Shown here: positions 49,233 through 61,929 of the stretch, in pieces | How positions within the stretch are numbered: position 1 is the stretch's first letter | Layout: each line of letters begins with the position of its first letter | Source of the DNA: Camelus ferus | Taxonomy: Eukaryota | Length of the DNA: 64,000 nt | Direction: 5' to 3' | Assembly (NCBI RefSeq): GCF_009834535.1 | Contig: NC_045705.1 | Location: 56,296,001-56,360,000 of the forward strand | Translations under genes and position numbers: made by a program | Notes under the pieces: model-generated | Databases searched by the model: none | What the model was told of the DNA's origin: nothing | The model's input: only the letters and a program-made list of their open reading frames with translations

Positions 49233-49752
49233 ATGTATCTGCCTGGTGGCCACTGCAGGGACAGAAAACTTTTTCCTTCTTCCCATCTAGGTTCTTTGGA
49301 TGGTCTAATAATTAAATTAACATAAAACAAATTAACAGGAGAAAAACAAATTTAATTTGTATATATGAGAGCCCATAAAAAATATGAGACTCAAAGAAGT
49401 GACCACAGCAGGCAAGTTTTATAACTTTTACACAAGGAGACAATAAATTTGTGAAGAATTAACAAGACAAAGGGGTTTGGGCTTGGGTTAGTAAATTGGT
49501 GAAGAAGTAACAAGGATTGTTTATACAGCCTTTTCAGCCCTAAATTTCCTGTCCCTGGTGATAAGGAAGCTTTTTACTCTCCTGGTGCAGAGAGGGTATA
49601 TTTCACATGGGAGATTTACTTCCTGCTTTTAGAGGGACAGAGGAGGGTCAGATGACCATTCTTGCACTGGCTGTTTCTTAAGTAACTTTTATTCAAAATA
49701 ATCCTTATGCTGAAATGGGATGTTTGGAGGTGGCATTTTCTGCTCCCTTTCA
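49233..49752 (-). mobile_element. ERV1-type solo LTR (MER34/MER39-like)
   Basis: Reverse strand starts TGAAAGGGAGCAGAAAATGCCACCTCCAAA...GATTATTTTGAAT, typical of MER34-group LTR starts. The left boundary is approximate. Confidence 0.6.
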
Positions 49753-50599
49753 CCATCTTCGTCTCCACTGTGCTACACATACTTAGCAAAATCAGTAAGT
49801 CCAGAACTTTAAAAAGAAAATTTACGTTTCTCTCCCATACTTTAACTGCCTATTTCTTTAACCTTTATGTCTCAGTCCCTAATTCAAACCATCTAGTCAT
49901 GTAAATTAGTAAAATATAACTCATTCAATAAAGCATAAGTCCTGACAATTTCACCTCTTAAATATTTCTATTGTTGCTCCTATCTCTCCATGTGTTACAG
50001 TGTTATACAACTCCAGACCCTCTATTTCTTCTACATGGACTTTTTCAATAACATTTTAACTTTCTTATTCGCATAAAAATAAATTGCTTTGCTTATTCTT
50101 GTTTTTCTTTTTCTTGTTTATTCTTTCTCTTAGCTTTGAGTGAGAAATGAGGTTTCTCTTAAGTCTTGTCAATTTTTCTAGAAAATATTACTCTAATAAT
50201 ATTTGGCACTAACCAGTTTTGAATTAAACATATCTCTTATTACACTTAGGTAAATAATTTAATTGCCACATAAATTTGATTTTTTTATGAAAGCCTTATG
50301 AAAAATCATTTTCATGAGCAGTCTAAGATGCATTTGTAATAATTTGTAAGCCTATATAATACATCTTGTCTATCCTTAAGCAGTTTTCATAATGTCAAGA
50401 TAATTTTTAGCTTTCATAAAGTGTATATTTTTTCTAACACATAGTTTCTTATTGACTCATTCTTAATACATTTCTGAGGCATTTTGGAAACTGGATTATT
50501 AGATTTGTCAAACACAGATACTTCAACCCATAACCCAGTATTGTATGATCAAGGTGACCAAAAAGTATTTGTTATATTAAAAAAAAAAAAAAAACAGGA

Positions 50600-50860
50600 T
50601 GGACAGCTCGGTGCTCCACTAGGTGGCCTCTCTCCATTGCTCTGCAGTCTCCGGCTGCGCGTGCGCAGGCCGAGCGTCCGATGTAATGGGCCGTAGTGGT
50701 TGGCGCTACCGGCCGCGTTGGTCCACTGGTCTCGCGCTGAGGGAATGCCGGGCGCCGAAAACCTTCCCCGGAGCCTCGCGGCCCAGGGCCAGCCGTGCTC
50801 CTCCTGTCCGCAGGCCTGGGGCCAGCGGGCAGCGACGGCGGGGAATGGCAGGATGGAAGA
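50600..50860. promoter_or_regulatory. Orphan CpG island with CTCF and NRF1 motifs
   Basis: 27 CpGs counted in 50609-50840, in otherwise CpG-depleted DNA. CCACTAGGTGGC at 50616-50627 (CTCF core) and TGCGCGTGCGCA at 50656-50667 (NRF1-like). Confidence 0.75.
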
Positions 50861-50959
50861 ACAGAGGAAGGAGAGAAAATATAAGAAAATGGAAGAAAAG
50901 ACAGACGGATATAAGAAAAGAATGAGCCTCGAAAGGTACATTTTATTTAAAATTATTAA

Positions 50960-51670
50960 AAAGTTTACAGCTTTATGATACTTTTAAATTTTATGTCCAC
51001 TGAAATTCACTTTCTTTTGTACAACTCTATGAGGTTTGGCACCTAATCCAGATAGGGAAGAGTTCCGTCAACCCAGAACATTCCCTCATGGGACCCCTTT
51101 GTAGTCGACGCCTTCACCCATCAAAAGCCCTAAGGCGACCACTGACGCTGTCTAACCCTATAATTTTGGTTCATTATACAGTATGTAATCTTTCAAACTG
51201 AATTCTTATATTTAACATAGTGTATTTTATATTTGTCCATGTTATTACTGAACAGTATTCCTTCGTATGGACGTCCATTGTGTAGACATAGGTGATATTC
51301 TGTTTATGCATTCAGCAGTTGAAGGAACTTTAGTTATAAATAAAGCTGCTATAAGCACTCATGTTTAGGTTTTTTATGTACATAAGTTTTCTTTTAGTTA
51401 AATACCTAACTAAATGGATTCCTCAGTCATATGTTAAGTATATGTTTAATTTAGCAAGAAAATATCAAATTGTTTTTCAGAGTGTTTGTGCTGTTTTGCG
51501 TTTCCATCACCAATGTATGAAAGTTTTAGTTGCCTTGCATTCTGACCTCAAATTATCTCCCTATCATTCCAATAGGTATATAGTGGCATCTCATCATGGT
51601 AGTTTTAATTTGTGCCTCCTTAATAACTAACATGTAATGTTGAGCCTCTTTTTTGCCATATATATATGTG

Positions 51671-51727
<57 letters not shown>

Positions 51728-53020
51728 CTGGCATATGTTTGCCGTATCTCTCTCTCTCTCTCTTCTTTGGTGAAGTGTCTGTTCAAATTTTTTGCCATTA
51801 TTTCTTTTTGGGTTACTTTTTTTTTTTTCCTTGTTGTAGAATTTATGAAGTTTTCATTTTAGTATGTATTCTGGATAAAAAGCTTTTGTTGTTTATGTGA
51901 TTTGTGAATGTTTTCTCTTAGCCTATGTCTTGCTTTTTCATTCTGTTAACAGTGTCTTTAAGTATTTGTGTAAAATTTTTGATGAAATATACTTTATTTT
52001 TCTTTTATATGTTGTGGTTTTGGTGTCTAATATAAGAATGGTTTATTTGTGCAACAAAAAGTCTCAAATGTATTCTCATATGTTCTCTTCTAAAAGTTTT
52101 ATATTATTATGATTTACTTTTAGGCTTTTTTTTGGTCAAAAATCAATTGAACATATTTCTGTAGGCTTATTTCTAGATTCTGAATACTGTTTCACTGATT
52201 TATGTATCTATCCTTTTGCCAAAACCATATCCTCTTGATTACTGTAGCTTTATAGAAAGTCTAGAAGTCAAGTACTGTGGGTCTTTGAACTTTGCTCTTC
52301 TTTTTCAAAATTGTTTTGTCTGTATTAGTTCCTTTGACTTTCCATATACAGTTTAGAATTGGCTTTTCTGTATCTACAAAAAGCAGTGCTGAGATTTTGA
52401 TCGAAATTGTATTAGATCTTTAGAACAATTTGGGTAGAATTGACATCTTAATAATGAGTCTTATAATTCAGTCTCTTCATTTTTTTTAGTCGTCTTTGAT
52501 TTACTTTAGCAATGCTATATAGTTTTCACCATAATACTGCACAAATTTTGTTAGATATATACCCAAGTATGTCATTTTGATGCTATTGTAAATGGTACTT
52601 TAAAAATTCACTTCCAATTATCTATTGCAAGGATGTAGAAATATCACTGATTTTTATATAGTGGCATATATCCTGTGATCTTGCCAAGTTTATCTTTAAG
52701 TTCTAGAAATATTTTCAGAATTATTGGGATTTTTTTATATGGACTGGCGTGGTATCTGTGAACAGACAGTTTGATTTCTTTCATTTCAGTCTGTATGTAT
52801 CTGCCTCCTTTGTTTCTCTCTCATTGCACTGACTAGGAATTCAAGTACAATGTTGTGTGAGTGTTGGGAGACATACTCTTCTTTTCTGTCCTAATTTCAG
52901 GGAGAAAGCATTAAGCCTTTCATCATTAAGAGGTTAGCTAGAAGGCTTTCTGTAGATGTCTTTTATGGAATTATGGAAGTTCCCCTTATATTCCTAATTT
53001 GTTAGGAGTTTTTGCCATGA
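50960..53020 (-). mobile_element. Old L1M (MC/MD-like) 3'UTR plus ORF2 3' part
   Basis: ataaagctgctataagcactc, cttgattactgtagctttatag, tttgatgctattgtaaatggta, tttcagggagaaagcatt; interrupted by a microsatellite. Confidence 0.82.
51657..51730. repeat. Compound (TA)n(TG)n(TA)n microsatellite
   Basis: Read directly from the sequence. Confidence 0.95.
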
Positions 53021-53029
53021 ATGTATGTT

Positions 53030-53150
53030 GGATTCAGCATGCCATCACTGGATTTGAAGATGGAGGAGACTACATACAAGGGTCAGAGCAGCCTCTAGGA
53101 TACGAGAGTGACACCCAGTCAACAGCCAACAATAAGCTAGGAAGCGTGCA
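53030..53150 (+). mobile_element. MLT1 LTR fragment
   Basis: ctggatttgaagatggagg...gcagcctctagga...cccagtcaacagccaac. Confidence 0.6.
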
Positions 53151-55069
53151 GACTGAGTCTGGTTTGCCTTTTCTATCATGCAGCTCTTTTGGGCTTGAGG
53201 CAAGCTGTTTTATGGTGAGAATATTGGATTCCATTGCCACATATATTTGGGGGAATACTAGCTAATAGGGAGCTAGTATAAATTGATATTAATACTGCAT
53301 TGATTACTAGCACACTTGCTCACTCTTGTATTGATGTGTATCAGATGTAAGAATGTGTCATAAAACTTGGAGTGAATCATTGCTCTAAGTGCTACATTTC
53401 TGTGACAACAATGGCAGTGGGCAAAAATGGTATTTACTGACTTTCTGGTTTTTTTTCTAAACAATTTTATGCTCAAACCTTTTGAGTTGCTTCACAAATC
53501 AGAAATTTCCCTCTTGGGTTTCAGCCCAGGAAGTTTGGAATGAACGTTTTTTTCAAAAGAAGAGAGAATGGGACTGAGATTACTTAGACAACATGGTCTG
53601 TCATGGTCATATCTATTTTGACTGTACCAACTTTTTCCTTCTGGGGCTTTCTTCTTTTCTCATCGCCTTTTCTGGGGAATTCTGTACCTGGATAGAACAA
53701 AGACTCTGAGTGAGTTCCCAGAAAAGGTAGCTGTAACTTTTCTTTTTTTCCCTTTTCTGTTTGAGCTTGGCTTTTTTTCCTTTCTTTGGGGGCCTTTCAC
53801 TCCTAGCATGCAAGATACAAGTTTTATTTTTTACCTAACTGTGAATGCTTCTTTAAAGTAATTTTCAGCTGTTTGGTTTGCTTGTAAGCATTTAAAGGTT
53901 AAGTGTGTCAGGCACTGTAACTTCTGTTGCAATTTACACCTTCCCTTTCTGACCTATGTGATGTGACCAACATGCAACTACAGCATCATTTGCTCTGTCA
54001 CCATGTACCTTCCAGAGAGCAAGAAATGTTGAAAGGAAGGGTGAAGTAAATGTTCTAGAACAGAAAAACAGATGTGTACTCTATATCATTTCTTCTGCAT
54101 TATCATCTGGAAATAATGACCCCACTAAATTCCATAATTGTGTTGTACTTTGCTATTAGTAAAGGAAATATTTTGTAGTCAAAAGGAACATACATTCTCC
54201 AAGAGTAAATATTAAGCCACTTGATCTTCTATGAATACTTCTTTGTTACTAAATTCGAATTCTTTGTTTTTCTGACTTACAGTTACCTCTCTTAAAATGT
54301 TTGAATGATAAATTTTAGATAGGCCTTGCTATCATGACTTAGCAGCTGCATCGCATAATCAGGTCTCTATTGTACAGTAGAAAGTGAAAACAAAGCATAT
54401 TAAACCTTTAGATTATCTAGTAATTAATGTCTCTAGTCTCTGTCCCATTGCACTGAGCAATTAAGAATAATAATCTTATGTGTAAATAGACTATACTATG
54501 TTTTTCTCCCCCCTTAATACTAACTCCACTGTGTAGGCACCAGTGGAATAAGAACAGAGCTTTGTGTTTTTGACAACTATATTGCATGTTCATTTTGTTT
54601 GTTTGTGTAGTTTGTTTTAATTTAACAGATATGGGCAATATTTTTTGAAGTTCTTTATGTCATTTGTGTGAAAAAATAACATTGAGTTGGGCTTCATTTT
54701 CAAAAGCTGTTTATATAACCATGTGTAACGATACCCTTTATCCATCAAATTGTTTAAGACTTTTTAAAGATACACATATAGAGAAAGAAATCTAATCAAG
54801 TGTAACTACTAATCTCCATAATGATGAAAACTTTGTCTTAATTTTGAGTATCTTTATGGAATATGTCATGAACATTTTCTTGAATTAGTGGCTAAAGTTC
54901 GAATATTCATTTCAGCATTATCTGGTAGCATCAATTATCAGATGAGATAGTCTGTAAATTTTCATTTTGTAGGACAAAAGATGCATTTTAAGGTATTGTT
55001 AATAAATGAACATCACTAAAAAGTAGTTGCTATTGGAGTGTCAGAAATATGAGTGATACTCTTAATACT

Positions 55070-55310
55070 GTAAGATTTTACTTATATAAGGTATCAAAAG
55101 TAGTCAAAATTCTATTTTCTGTTTCTTTGGGGAGAGGAAACAGGAGAGCTGTTGTTTAATGAGTATAGAGTTTCAGATTTGTTAAGACAAGAAAGTTTTG
55201 GAGATCTGTTTCAAAACAATGTGAATATAATTAACATCACTGAACCATACACTTAAAAATGGTTAAGATGATAAATTCGGTTCTATGTTTTTTTAATCAC
55301 AATAAAAGAG
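55070..55310 (+). mobile_element. L1MA9/L1MB-like 3' end
   Basis: gtttaatgagtatagagtttcag...aacaatgtgaatata...acacttaaaaatggttaagatg...cacaataaaa. Confidence 0.8.
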
Positions 55311-55399
55311 AGATTTAGAAAAGAAATAAAACAAGTATTAAAATAACTACAAGAAAAGTTAAATGTGTTACGGGCTGCACAAGGAGGTCAGACCAAGAC

Positions 55400-56720
55400 A
55401 AGGCTTTTAAAATTAAGAGCATCACTGCCAGCTGATAGGGGCAGGGAAGACTGAGGAAATTTAATGTAGGAAGTGAAATTTAAATTAGGTCTTAGAGAAT
55501 CAGTAGGATTTTAGATTGAGGAGTTATTAGGGAGAGTAGTTCAGGCAAAGGGAAGAGCACATATGAAAGCAGGTAGTTGAGAAGGTTAAAAGCATTTTCA
55601 GGAGACAACGCAGTAGCCCCACATGGCTGGTTAATAGGATGAGGGGAGAATAGCGGTTAAGAGTGGAAAATATTGGAAATAGAATGTTAGGGGCTTTGAA
55701 TGCTTTAAGAATGTGGAATGTTTTCAAGAGGCAGAGAATAAACAACAGAAAAATTCTGCAGGAGAAAATGACATTATCAGATAAATTCTCTAGAAGAGGA
55801 GGGGGCAATAGGGAATGGGAGACAAGGGATGACTCAGCATTAGTGAGAGTTGGGACAATAGGATAGAAAGAACAAGCTATGATACGAATAGCATCATAGA
55901 GACTCAACAGAGCTTGGCAGAGATTCAGTGATTGGGCAGGACATGGAAAGATAATTTTGTAATTTCTTTCCTGACCAACTGGAAGAACCTTATCTATTTT
56001 AAGTGTACGCTTCTACAGACAAATAAATATAGTTGTCTCAAGAGGTGTAATAATCATGTTTTCTCTACTCCCAAATGCTCTGAAAGGGTACCCTTAAATG
56101 GTTTTCCCACTTCCATTTTTGTCTGTCAAAGTCCATTCTCCCTCTGTGTGGCAAGTGGAAGTTGATTTTTAAATCACAAATCACATCTTTATACTTCTCT
56201 GCTTTTAAAACACCCAAGGTTTGTTCCTTAGACTTCAAACAAAAACTCTTAACCATGTGTGATCTGACACTGTATGGCTTAGCCCTGTAAGGAATTTCTG
56301 ATCCCTTCTTGTGTTAGTGCCTCCTCCTTCCTTCTACCTGAGTAAACTGGCCATCTTCTTGTTCCTCAGTGATGCCAAACTTAGCCTCACTGCCTGAGTG
56401 CTTGCTGGAACACGTTTCCTCCATATCTCCACATGGCTAGTTTTTCTCAGTATTTAGGCCTCAGCTTAAATATCATGTTCAGAAACGTCACCCTTTCTAC
56501 AGTATTCAGCCACTCTCCATTTATTATCCTATGATCCTTTTCTCTTGGCTTCATAGACCTTAGATAGAGCCATCTGTAACTGTTGTAATTGTTTACTCAG
56601 CTATTGTCTATCACTCTCCCTACTGGAAGCTCAATAAAAGAAGCAACCTTACCTCCCTTGTTTACTGCTGTAGCCCAGAATAATACCTGGCATATATCAG
56701 GTGCTCAAAAATCATCTGTT
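55400..56720. mobile_element. Two adjacent L2 fragments in opposite orientation (55400-55900 minus; 56180-56720 plus)
   Basis: aaattaggtcttagagaatcagtagg... and ...cctcagcttaaatatc...gcccagaataatacctggcatata...gtgctcaaaaa. Confidence 0.55.
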
Positions 56721-58014
56721 GAGAGAAAGCCATTTTGGACAACAAAGAGGGAAGATTGGAGAACTGAGATTGATGTGCACGTGACGTTCTGGACACTTCA
56801 CTAACTACACGTACAAACTGTTTTTACTGATGAGGAGATTGAAGCTCAGAGGTGTGAAGGGGCTTGTCCACAGTCTTATAGATAGAAAGTAGCAAAGTGG
56901 GGATGTTTACCTGGATTGGTCTAAATATGAAAGCCACAGCACCATACTGTGGGTTCCTGAAATATAATATCAAATGGTACACGTGTCAATCTGAGAAAAG
57001 GAGGGATCCATGGATGGTTTAATTCTGTCCCTTCCTCCAACCTACAAAGGTAGATTCATTAATCACATTGATAAATATCTATCCTGAACATTAAGACCAG
57101 ACTTTAGAGATACAGGGCTCTTTCTGTGGTTTGGAGATTAGAGGAGTGACAGCCCTGGATCCCAGGGTGAAGGAAGAATACTAAATGGAATACATTGAAT
57201 TGAACAGGGAGCCTAAGACAGGACTGGCTATTGGGATTGTGGGTGTTCTGAGGAGCTGAAACCAACCTTGTCAATGTCCTCAGTTCCATTCCTCATGGGG
57301 TTAACTTCAGTTGGAGAGTTTGAGGGCTGCCTCCAGATCTAATGGATCACACCTGCTAGAATTGTCTAGAAAGGAGTGAGAGGAAAGATGCAGTAATCTG
57401 AGTCCAGGAGAAATCTAGCTGTACCCTGGAGATAGAGAGATTAAAGCAGCATCTCCTAAAAGGGAGTAAAAGTGACAGCGATAAGCCAGGATCCCACAAA
57501 CCTACCCACAAGCTGGAATCTGGTTACCCAGGTCTGCTGCAGGAATTCCAGGAACAAAAGCGTCCCTGAAAGGTCTCAGATTAGGGAGAAGCAATGGGTG
57601 GCATGACACACAGTGAGTACCCAGGCTATTTACAGAAATTAGGGCTGATTGTGTCCAGGGAGTGACGGAAAAGCCACAAGCTGGTGTGGGGACCTCAGGT
57701 GTCTGATACTTGATCCATCAGAAAACAGGGCATCTATAAAGAACAAGAGATGGCAGGGAGAATGAGGAAGTGCAAAGTACAGGGAAGAGAAGGAAAAATA
57801 GTGAGCCCAAATGGCCATGGAGTGAGGGGGTCCAGTCAAATTAGCTATTATATTCCAGACAGATCTGACTTTATGTGTAGCAGAGTATGTGTGGCCAGGG
57901 ATGGGCATCAAATTTTAACAAGGATAAAATGTAGTTCTGTAGCCATCTTTGAATTGATTGATTGTTTGAACTGATTCAGTCCTTAGGCTGAAGATGCAAA
58001 ACACAGTGACTAAG

Positions 58015-58086
58015 TGAGCTCTACAGAGATGGAACCTGTGACCTTAGAGCCATTAGCACCATGTGATACCTACTGAGCTAATGGCA
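58015..58086 (-). other. Degenerate tRNA-Ile(AAT)-derived sequence (tRNA pseudogene or head of an ancient SINE)
   Basis: Reverse strand TTAGCTCAGTAGGTATCACATGGTGCTAATGGCTCTAAGGTCACAGGTTCCATCTCTGTA aligns by eye at ~75% to recalled tRNA-Ile(AAT). Many differences are CpG decay. Confidence 0.7.
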
Positions 58087-61000
58087 ATTAGTCAAAACAA
58101 AGATGTGCAACAAAACCAGAAGGTGTCCCTATGGACTGAGCCTGGGGCACTCTCTGGGGCTCATTATCTGCTCTCTCAAAAAAAAAAAAAAAAAGGCTCA
58201 GGAGATGTTGTGGTAATTGTGAAAGAACAGACAGGCCAAGGCAAGACAGGACATCGGGACTGACTGGATCTGTGAGCTCAGGATTAGTGTGGGGCAGAAG
58301 AGGGCCTGCTTCACAGGCTATGAGAGGAGGACTTGATGCTAGGGATGGAGGGATTCTTCCATTCCTGCTGCAGTTCAGAGGTCATCATCGTGCTTCCTCT
58401 GGGCAGAACCATGGACCCCTAACTGACCACAGCATTCTCATTGAGGGTCCCCATGGGGCTCTGGCAACAAGAGGCTGGATACCTGTGCTCACCTTTCTTG
58501 TATCCCGCACCTCACCCACTCCCCGGGATACAGTACAACAAGGGTAGCATAAAGAATACACCTGAGGCAGCCACTAGAACACCAAAGTGTGTGAGGTCGC
58601 TGGGAGAACCAGGTGTGGTGAGTGAGCTTCACAAAGGGAGAAGCAGGTGTGGGGAAGGACAATAAGATTCAAGGTAAGGGTGGAAAAGTTAATGGGGAGA
58701 GGGGAAGTGGGGAGATGAACCAAGAAAGAAAGAGGTGGGAGACACAGTTGTGAAAGTTACTGTTTCTGAGCCTGGGAGGGCAGAAAGGAGGGGGCAAAGA
58801 ATTTGACCATTCTTAGAAAGTTACGTCAATTTTGGAAGAGTAGGACAGTAGATTGGGGTTGGGGAATCAGGATGGAGCAGGTGGAAAAATCAGAAAAATA
58901 CAGTGTCCTTTGCAGAAGGCAGGGAGCTATGAGGCTCAGAATCTGGGCAATTTTTGTATAAGCAGACTCTTTAAAACAGCTCATGGAATTCAACAAATGT
59001 ACTTCATGCATAATAGAAAGATGCCATTATTATAGGAATGGAAAATATAAAAGATAGTGTGTGTTCAGATAGCTCACAGAGTAAGTAGGGAGGTGTGGGA
59101 AGAATTCTAGTAGTACACTGGTTTATGCTAGAGGGATGCCCAAAGGTAAGAGAATAAGTGATTTGTCTGGAGGGGAAATATATTAGCAGGCCTGTGGGAA
59201 CTGGTAGCACCTGAGTTCTAGTAGGAATAAATTGCTTCCTGAGATGGAAAATGGAGAGGAGGTGGAGATAACTGTTGGTTCAAAGGCAAGGATGATGAAC
59301 CAGCATGCAGTATTTGGGACTGGATTAAAATCTTGCAGTCTAGACATAAAGGACTCTAACATTTACTAGGAAGTCACTTGCAACAGACTTTGCAGACCAA
59401 ATATGATTACCGAGCAATGTCTTAAAATTAATACAGTATAGTTTTAAGCTATTGGTGGCCCAAATCTCTGGATGGTGGAACTTGGGGAACCTCAAAAAAT
59501 TCAGTAGTGATATCTTCTATCCCTTATACATGGGCTGGTTTTCTGCCTGTCTTGCACTACTGGTAATCTGCTGGTGTCCTTTCCCCCAGATTCTTCAGGG
59601 CAGAAGTGAACCCCATCAGTGTCCTCAGTCAAAGACACAGTATGAGGAAAAATCTGAAAATAGGGAGCAGCAGAACTGATCACTGCCTTATATTACAATA
59701 ACCTACAAAGATCTGAGACTAAGAACAGGGAGATGATTACCTAGATTTAGGCTCTGTAATTTACCAAATCATTTCTATTCCCTGAATTGTTTTATTCCTC
59801 AACCCCACATGTTATGCTTTTTTTTAATGCTTCCTATATGCCCAGATCTCTTGCATATTCACATTTCATAATGTATCTGATGTAATCTCTTACTTTGTTA
59901 GGTAGTTATCCATGAGACATACTACCTGTCTCCAGCAGATTTGCGGGGTGCTCAGCACTGAAGATACCTCTTTCAGGACAGTCAAGGTTAATACGGAGAC
60001 AAATGGGGTCTCTCGGGAAATGGAAAGGCAATCACCACCTTGGAGATAAGTTCAGTCTCTTAGCCATTTCTTCCTACTGTGGTTTATCCCCTGTGACCCA
60101 ACTTTTAGGAATTCCTCTCACATTGGCCACTTACTGAAGCCTTTCTAATTCTGTAGCGCTCAATCCCAGGGCCTGGGAGGAGAGATGGTCAGCAGGGGTT
60201 CAGGGAAGAGGAAAACAATATCTGTGGCAGAATGCATGTGAGGTATGATGATACAGAGAAAGAAATTCCACTTACAAAATGTATTTTTGATGGTCTGAAA
60301 ATCAGTGACATATCTGAGGAATTACAGGAGTTCTGGAAAGCTAAGATGCATGAGTCAAAACAGATTAAACAGTAAAGGTTGTCTGGAGCCAGATGGTGAA
60401 GGGGTTTCTATGGCAAATAAAGGTGTGGACTTTATTTTGAAGCAGTGGAAAACCAGCTGGGTTTAAGGAAAGACACCACAGCCACATTATCAGATTGCAA
60501 ATTAGAAATAACACCGTGGGATCTCTGCAGAGGAGGGATTAAAATGCAGAAGAGTTGATAGCCCGGAAACTAGTGGAGATAAAGCCCTCAGCAAAGGCCA
60601 CAGCCATGTCGATGAGTGAAAGAATTGGATTCGGGAAAAATATTTGAGATGAGACAATGGAGTTTACTGAGTAATTGACAGTTACTCATTTGATAGGAGA
60701 ATATGTCTTTCCAAGAAAAAATAAAGAATTTGGGGTAAGGCTAAAGTCATCTCTGAATTCTATCCTCAATTCAGCATTATTCCCTTTTCCCTAGCCGTTA
60801 CTTCTTTAGTCAAATCAATTTAATGCAAATCCTTCTAGCACCTCTAGGCACTTAAGTACAAATGTAGCTATTTGGGAGATAGAATACTTTAGGAGACTTA
60901 TAAAACATGTATGATACCATAATGCATAAATCACTATTATGCATTTTTTAACTTAGCAATGTATCTTCATTCCTAACTATTAAGATTGTCGTGCATCATG

Positions 61001-61584
61001 GCCATCTCCCTGATTAGTTATCAGAACTAATATGAAGAATTATAAAGAATTGTTTCCCCTTGACAACAAAAATCTATTTTTATGCCTCTTTAAACATGAG
61101 AGCCTTTCTCTCTGATCAGTATTTAAAAAACTAGAATTGCCAAACCAAGCAGATTTCTTGTTTAATGGGTTCTGCCAAATTGTTCCCAAAAGGGCTACCT
61201 TGTTTTATAATCTAGACAACCTTGATTAAGAACAATCTTTTAATATCTTTTACAGAATATAGTTTTATCAAATTTTATTTATCCCACATGATGGGTTAAG
61301 AAGTGTCTTGTTATTTTTAAATGTGTATTCCTTTAGTAACCACTGAGATTGATTTTATACATTTGTTTAGCATTTGTATATATTATTATATGAAAAAAAT
61401 CAGATTTTGCCAGATTTGACATGATATTGCCCATCTTTTGTTCATAGTTTTTTTCTTAATAAATTTCAAATTCTAAATGTTTTTCAGTAATGTAAGCCGC
61501 AAATATTGTCTAATTCTGGGACACACTCTTCCATTGTTTCCCATTATCTTTCAACCTCATATAAGGTACCATGGTTACATTAGA

Positions 61585-61890
61585 TTTTTTCTTTTTGCTG
61601 TGAAATTATTTTATTATTGTAAAACAGTTAACATGAGATCTAACCTCTTAAAATTTTTTTAACTTGGTAACTCTAGGCACAGTGTTGCACAGAAGATTTT
61701 TAGAATTTTTTCATCTTGCATGACTGAAAATTGATTCTCATTAAACAAAATTTCCTGTTTCCCCCACCCCCAGAATCTGGGACCACCATTCTCCTCTCTG
61801 TTTCTCTGAGTTTGGCTATTAATATACTTTATATAAGTAGAATCATGCAGCATTTGTCCTTCTATGACAGGCTTATGCAACAACATCCTG
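61585..61890 (-). mobile_element. L1MA8/9-like 3' end
   Basis: ttaacatgagatctaacctctta...ttcatcttgcatgactgaaa...accaccattctcctctctgtttctctgagtttg...agaatcatgcagcatttgtcc. Confidence 0.8.
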
Positions 61891-61929
61891 GAGGACAGTA
61901 TGCTAAAATAATAAAAAATTTGATTAGAA

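Noticed and set aside
50575-50962. Possible TSD (tattaaaaa) making the CpG island a retro-insertion
   Set aside because: The repeat is short and AT-rich, and the poly(A) is on the wrong side for a plus-strand insertion and the wrong base for a minus-strand one.
50549-50978. Three overlapping ORFs (130, 100 and 92 aa) over the CpG island
   Set aside because: GC-rich DNA lacks stops. The products are low-complexity with no recognisable domain, so they are not called as CDS.
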